Assembly (NCBI GenBank): GCA_013265495.1
Contig: MU058667.1
Span: 1 to 64,000 of the forward strand
Length of the DNA stretch: 64,000 nucleotides
Direction of reading: 5' to 3'
Source: Vicugna vicugna
Lineage: Eukaryota
How positions within the stretch are numbered: position 1 is the first letter of the stretch; each line of letters starts with the position of its first letter. The notes under the pieces are model-generated. The model did not search any database. It worked only from the letters and a program-made list of their open reading frames with translations, and was not told the DNA's origin. The translations under genes and the position numbers were made by a program. Shown here piece by piece: positions 62,871 to 64,000 of the stretch.

Positions 62871-64000
62871 AAGCTCTTGACTCCCAGTTCAATGTTGAGT
62901 TGAAGAGTGAGAAAGACAATAATCATTGTTTAAATTGGTCCAAGAGCTCCCACAGCCTCTAGGAGAAGGTTCAGGCTCCCCCCTCCCCTTGTGAACTGGC
63001 CCCACCTCATCCCCCGGCTTCCCTCTCACCCTCCCCTACCCACCTCCACTCCATCCTCGCAGCGTCTGATCCGTGGCACTTTTAGAACCAACATCCCGGA
63101 TGCTGAGGCTCTTGGTGTTCCACTCCTCAGCAGTCTCGCAGCCTTTAAGTCACCCAGGGGATGTGACCCCTCAAAGGTCCTCCCTTAGCCCAATCCGCCA
63201 CACTACCCCAGTCCTTTCCCAGGGTTAGGCCTTAGCTCCATTGGGCTGTGCTCGATCCACACAGAGATCATTTGACAAAGAGCACGTTGCATTTCTCTTA
63301 ATTTTTCTTAAAACACAAAAGTTGGCTGGCCGGCTGCCCAGTTTCTGTTATGTGGACCAAGATTAAATTTCTCTTGGACTGGTTCGCAGAGCCCCTGGTC
63401 GCTGGACTGAAAAGTGATTTACATTTTCTCTTGGCAGGGGATTTACCCAAGTGGGAATTGCCTTGAGTAACAACTGTTTGAAGCCGGTGCGTGTGTATGC
63501 ACACACCCATACACACGAGCCCTGGCCTGGTCAGGTTGATAAGTTCTTCTCATTGGTTGACAAGCTTCAGAAGTAGAAAATGAAGAGCTAGGAAAAGGGG
63601 TTTACAATGTGACAGCCTTACCGGTACCAGGGTTGCCATGACTAAATTGTAAATTGGATTCTGGACCCCAGGTTTTAAGGAAGCGTAACCCGGCAGACAG
63701 CTCTTATCATCAGAAAGGAGGGTCCTCCTGACTCTTCTTGGGAGCACTGAGACTATTACAATAACACCTACCCGCCATTCACTGAGCACTCACGACGTAC
63801 AGGAACACAGCTTACAGCAACGGCACAGATTAGGTTTTTCTTTAATGGCTGAGAAAATTCAGACTCACAGAGGTGCTGACTCTCGTGAGCCTCCCAGATA
63901 GCAGGTGTGGGAGCCTGAAGTGCTACCCAAGTACGTCTGGCTCCAGCTACTACCCGACACTGTCTTCCCCGCCTGTGACACGCAGGCCTTCAACAAGGTT

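Noticed and set aside
610..63789. Six-frame ORFs as host protein-coding genes (longest 26983-27522, 18627-19133, 39057-39512)
   Set aside because: No recognisable domains, many use non-ATG starts, many overlap repeats, and lengths are within chance for 64 kb. The only recognisable peptides are L1, L2 or hAT remnants.
2140..64000. FZD4 coding sequence, or the olfactory-receptor pseudogene recalled from the human interval
   Set aside because: No Frizzled or olfactory-receptor motifs (e.g. MAYDRYVAIC) seen in any frame provided or read.

Overview
Mammalian genomic DNA, almost certainly camelid: it carries three copies of a tRNA-Ala-derived SINE matching the camelid Vic-1 family. The first ~2.07 kb is recognisable, from recalled similarity to the human mRNA, as the distal 3'UTR of PRSS23 on the + strand, ending at AATAAA 2049-2054. 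The rest is repeat-rich non-coding sequence; by human synteny this is the PRSS23-FZD4 interval. It holds L1, L2, MIR, MaLR/ERVL LTRs and several hAT DNA-transposon fossils. I find no supportable host protein-coding exon, RNA gene, CRISPR array or viral insertion. ORF-track entries are chance ORFs or decayed L1/L2/hAT coding remnants. The most notable structures are: (1) a ~690-bp orphan retroposed segment with poly(A) signal, A-tail and target-site duplication inside an L1, carrying an antisense splice acceptor and exon-like sequence; (2) the PRSS23 poly(A) signal lying inside a hAT MITE; (3) a strong CTCF motif formed at the end of a decayed Arthur-like hAT transposon, paired divergently with a second CTCF motif at 28.6 kb; (4) L1 insertions with a 5' inversion, a possible 3' transduction, an in-frame ORF1-ORF2 deletion fusion and templated junction filler. 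I cannot support a claim of a wholly new biological system here. Repeat family names are from memory of consensus sequences; boundaries are approximate unless TSDs are given.
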